The notes below the pieces were generated by a model. That model did not search any database. It was not told the DNA's origin and worked only from the letters and a program-made list of their open reading frames with translations. DNA of 64,000 nucleotides, from positions 3,162,001-3,226,000 of the forward strand of contig JAQOWU010000008.1 of NCBI GenBank assembly GCA_030867685.1. The letters are read 5' to 3'. How positions within the stretch are numbered: position 1 is the stretch's first letter; every line of letters starts with the position of its first letter. Source of the stretch: Wickerhamiella versatilis. Lineage: Eukaryota. The position numbers were made by a program, and so were the translations under genes. Shown piece after piece: positions 61,838 to 64,000 of this stretch.

Positions 61838-62560
61838 ATGCATGCACAGGGTTACGTGCGTAGGGCAGGGGCACATGGACTCAACGCCCCCCGTCAGAGG
61901 GCATATATAGTGAAAGTGGGTCCTCAATTAGTGCCCCGCAATATGGCGATGCCGAAACAGCCTCATTTCATGATGGGCGACGACTACTACGCCCAGTCGT
62001 ATATGCCTCCCATGGTTGATGGGTACGCCTACGCACCTATGATGGTTGGTCCTGCTCATAACTTCCCGGGTCCTCAGCAATACAGTGGATTTGGCGGTGG
62101 CCTTCCCACCCCTCCACGCGTTCCAAGCCCCATCCAAGACAATGCTGGCACATTGCCGAGCTCACAAATTCACGCATCATCCCAAGCAGCGCATCCTACA
62201 ATGCTCCCCAGTCCAACCTCCCCACCTAGAATGGGCTTCCTGGCATCCCTGCCTTACTCTCCTGCAGCGGCTTCAATGCCCATGCCAGTCCAGTCCCCGT
62301 ATGGTAATTATCTCATGCCGCCTTACAGTTCCTCTATGCGCGTTGGAAAGCATAATCACGAGACAAGAGCCCGTGAGCAGTCACGGAGCCACTCGTGCTC
62401 GGTTTGTTCCAAGGGTTTTGCCCGTCCCTCAGCCTTGAGAACGCATATGTATACCCATACAGGAGAAAAGCCGTTTAGATGTCAGCACCCGGAGTGCCTG
62501 CGCTCGTTCTCTGTATTGTCCAACCTGAGACGTCACCAACGAGTACCACTCTGTGAATAA
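61838..62560 (+). CDS. Pro-rich C2H2 zinc-finger transcription factor (Nrg1/FlbC-like fingers)
   Basis: CSVCSKGFARPSALRTHMYTH-TGEKPF-RCQHPECLRSFSVLSNLRRH; the second finger lacks its last His in this frame. Start uncertain. Confidence 0.8.
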   Translation: MHAQGYVRRAGAHGLNAPRQRAYIVKVGPQLVPRNMAMPKQPHFMMGDDYYAQSYMPPMVDGYAYAPMMVGPAHNFPGPQQYSGFGGGLPTPPRVPSPIQDNAGTLPSSQIHASSQAAHPTMLPSPTSPPRMGFLASLPYSPAAASMPMPVQSPYGNYLMPPYSSSMRVGKHNHETRAREQSRSHSCSVCSKGFARPSALRTHMYTHTGEKPFRCQHPECLRSFSVLSNLRRHQRVPLCE

Positions 62561-62777
62561 TGGTCCTTGATTTCTTAACTTATTTGTTACGTGGAAAATA
62601 AATGAATAAAAAACACTACTATAGTAAAATTTTGCTAAATTTTTGACGAATCTGGTTTGTTGTTGATCACTTGTTCGGAAAATACGACCTCTGCACAGCA
62701 CGGATTGGCCGTTAAGTGATCGTCACGATATGCCCATGGTGGCTAACTCACATATTGGTCGGCTGCATGGGGTGAAA

Positions 62778-63233
62778 TTATGGTTCGTATGCCGGTAAGG
62801 GCTCAGGAATATCGTCCATATGAGCTTGCCGTACCGCCTCACGCGACATACTAAATTTTTCATGGAACTCAAATACCCCACCAGTCGTAAAAGACAACGT
62901 GAGAGTCCACATAGCCTGCGGCTCTATTCCATCAGGTGTCGGGCTTAGCATTTCATACTTATAAGGCCCGAACCACGGCTGAATGAACCGTGTTTCTCGA
63001 ATTGAACTCAATGGCAAAGCAAACGTTGGCAAAACTCGATCCCCCTTGTTGGCAACATGATATGTGACATCCGAAAGAGGGGCAAACATAATGCGTTCAT
63101 TTGTGACGGTAACACAGACCTTTGCTGAAATTTTGGTTGCATTCTCAAAGTTGCTGAGGGTCAACGACGCTTCCCTGACGGTACAAACCACCAATTCATG
63201 GGGATTTAGCTCAACCCGGTTCCGGGTCGACAT
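62778..63233 (-). CDS. WBP2-like PH/GRAM-fold protein with C-terminal LPxY motif
   Basis: VTNERIMF, FALPLSSI..RFIQPWFGP, LSFTTGG..EF and EPLPAY. Confidence 0.75.
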   Translation of the reverse strand: MSTRNRVELNPHELVVCTVREASLTLSNFENATKISAKVCVTVTNERIMFAPLSDVTYHVANKGDRVLPTFALPLSSIRETRFIQPWFGPYKYEMLSPTPDGIEPQAMWTLTLSFTTGGVFEFHEKFSMSREAVRQAHMDDIPEPLPAYEP

Positions 63234-63299
63234 CTGCTTACTAATAGGTTAGCTTGAGAGAGAAAATTCGTCTCACATAATATTTTTTTCTTGGAGGCA

Positions 63300-64000
63300 A
63301 TGCAACTCACTTGGAAGGACATCCCCGTGGTCCCGAATTCCACGGAGTTCCTCGATGTTGTGCTTAATCGCACACAGAGGAAAACGCCAACTGTGATTCG
63401 CCCAGGGTTCCAAATAACCCGTATCCGTGAATTCTATATGCGCAAGGTACGATACACTGCCGACGGGTTCTCTGAAAAACTACAGGAGATCATTGACAGT
63501 TTCCCCCGTATCAACGATGTGCACCCTTTCCACCGAGACCTTCTTGATACGCTCTATGAGAAGAACCACTACAAGGTCTCGCTGGCTAGCCTTAGTCGTG
63601 CCAAGGCCCTAATCGACCAGGTCTCTCGGGACTATGTGCGTCTCCTGAAGTTTGGACAGAGCTTGTTCCAGTGCAAGCAGCTCAAGCGGGCTGCTCTTGG
63701 TCGTATGGCTACCATTACGAAACGCCTCAAGGACCCGCTGCTCTATTTGGAGCAGGTTCGACAGCACATGGGGCGTCTACCGGCCATTGACCCTAATACC
63801 CGCACACTGCTCATTTGTGGATATCCTAATGTCGGTAAGTCCAGTTTCCTGCGTTCCGTTACCAGGGCTGAGGTAGAGGTTCAGCCTTACGCCTTCACGA
63901 CCAAGGCTCTTTATGTAGGCCATTTCGACTACAAATATCTGCGTTTCCAAGCAATTGACACGCCAGGTATCCTAGACCGCCCCACAGAAGAGATGAACAA
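63300..64000 (+). CDS. NOG1: Nucleolar GTPase Nog1 (runs off window)
   Basis: Not in the ORF track. [49 protein letters not shown] and DTPG. Confidence 0.95.
   Translation, partial: MQLTWKDIPVVPNSTEFLDVVLNRTQRKTPTVIRPGFQITRIREFYMRKVRYTADGFSEKLQEIIDSFPRINDVHPFHRDLLDTLYEKNHYKVSLASLSRAKALIDQVSRDYVRLLKFGQSLFQCKQLKRAALGRMATITKRLKDPLLYLEQVRQHMGRLPAIDPNTRTLLICGYPNVGKSSFLRSVTRAEVEVQPYAFTTKALYVGHFDYKYLRFQAIDTPGILDRPTEEMN

Noticed and set aside
1-64000. tRNA/rRNA genes, transposons, bacterial horizontally transferred genes
   Set aside because: None recognisable by eye. tRNAscan-SE, Infernal and alien-index searches would be needed to exclude them formally.

Overview
Very compact, intron-poor budding-yeast (Saccharomycotina) chromosomal segment. 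It is probably not Saccharomycetaceae: a dynactin p62-like gene is present and many proteins are shortened. A Yarrowia/Wickerhamiella/Starmerella-type lineage is my inference only. About 44 mostly housekeeping genes are packed tightly: ATP12, PFD1, ATG27, NOP1, RPL17, COY1, RPL9, QCR8, KAP104, SWI3, CDC7, RPB9, KRE9, NOC2, RET1, PNP1, SEC13, TFB2, MLP-like, MCD4, TDP1, RPS27, EMP24, EPL1, MNN9, NAT4, NOG1 and others. Several divergent start codons are only 21-106 bp apart, and I found only one clear coding intron. The main unexplained feature is a 1.26 kb non-coding array of five diverged ~245 bp units (58642-59901) upstream of MNN9. It has alternating A/B unit types, an internal base-paired stem with compensatory and G-U-only changes on the + strand, and spliceosomal signals on the - strand. 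Smaller oddities are an apparent ACG-initiated p62 gene, a zinc-finger TF whose last His lies in the +1 frame, truncated SYF2/CWC21 homologues, and a shared 13-mer in two ribosomal protein promoters. All gene calls are by recognition of protein motifs, not by database search.
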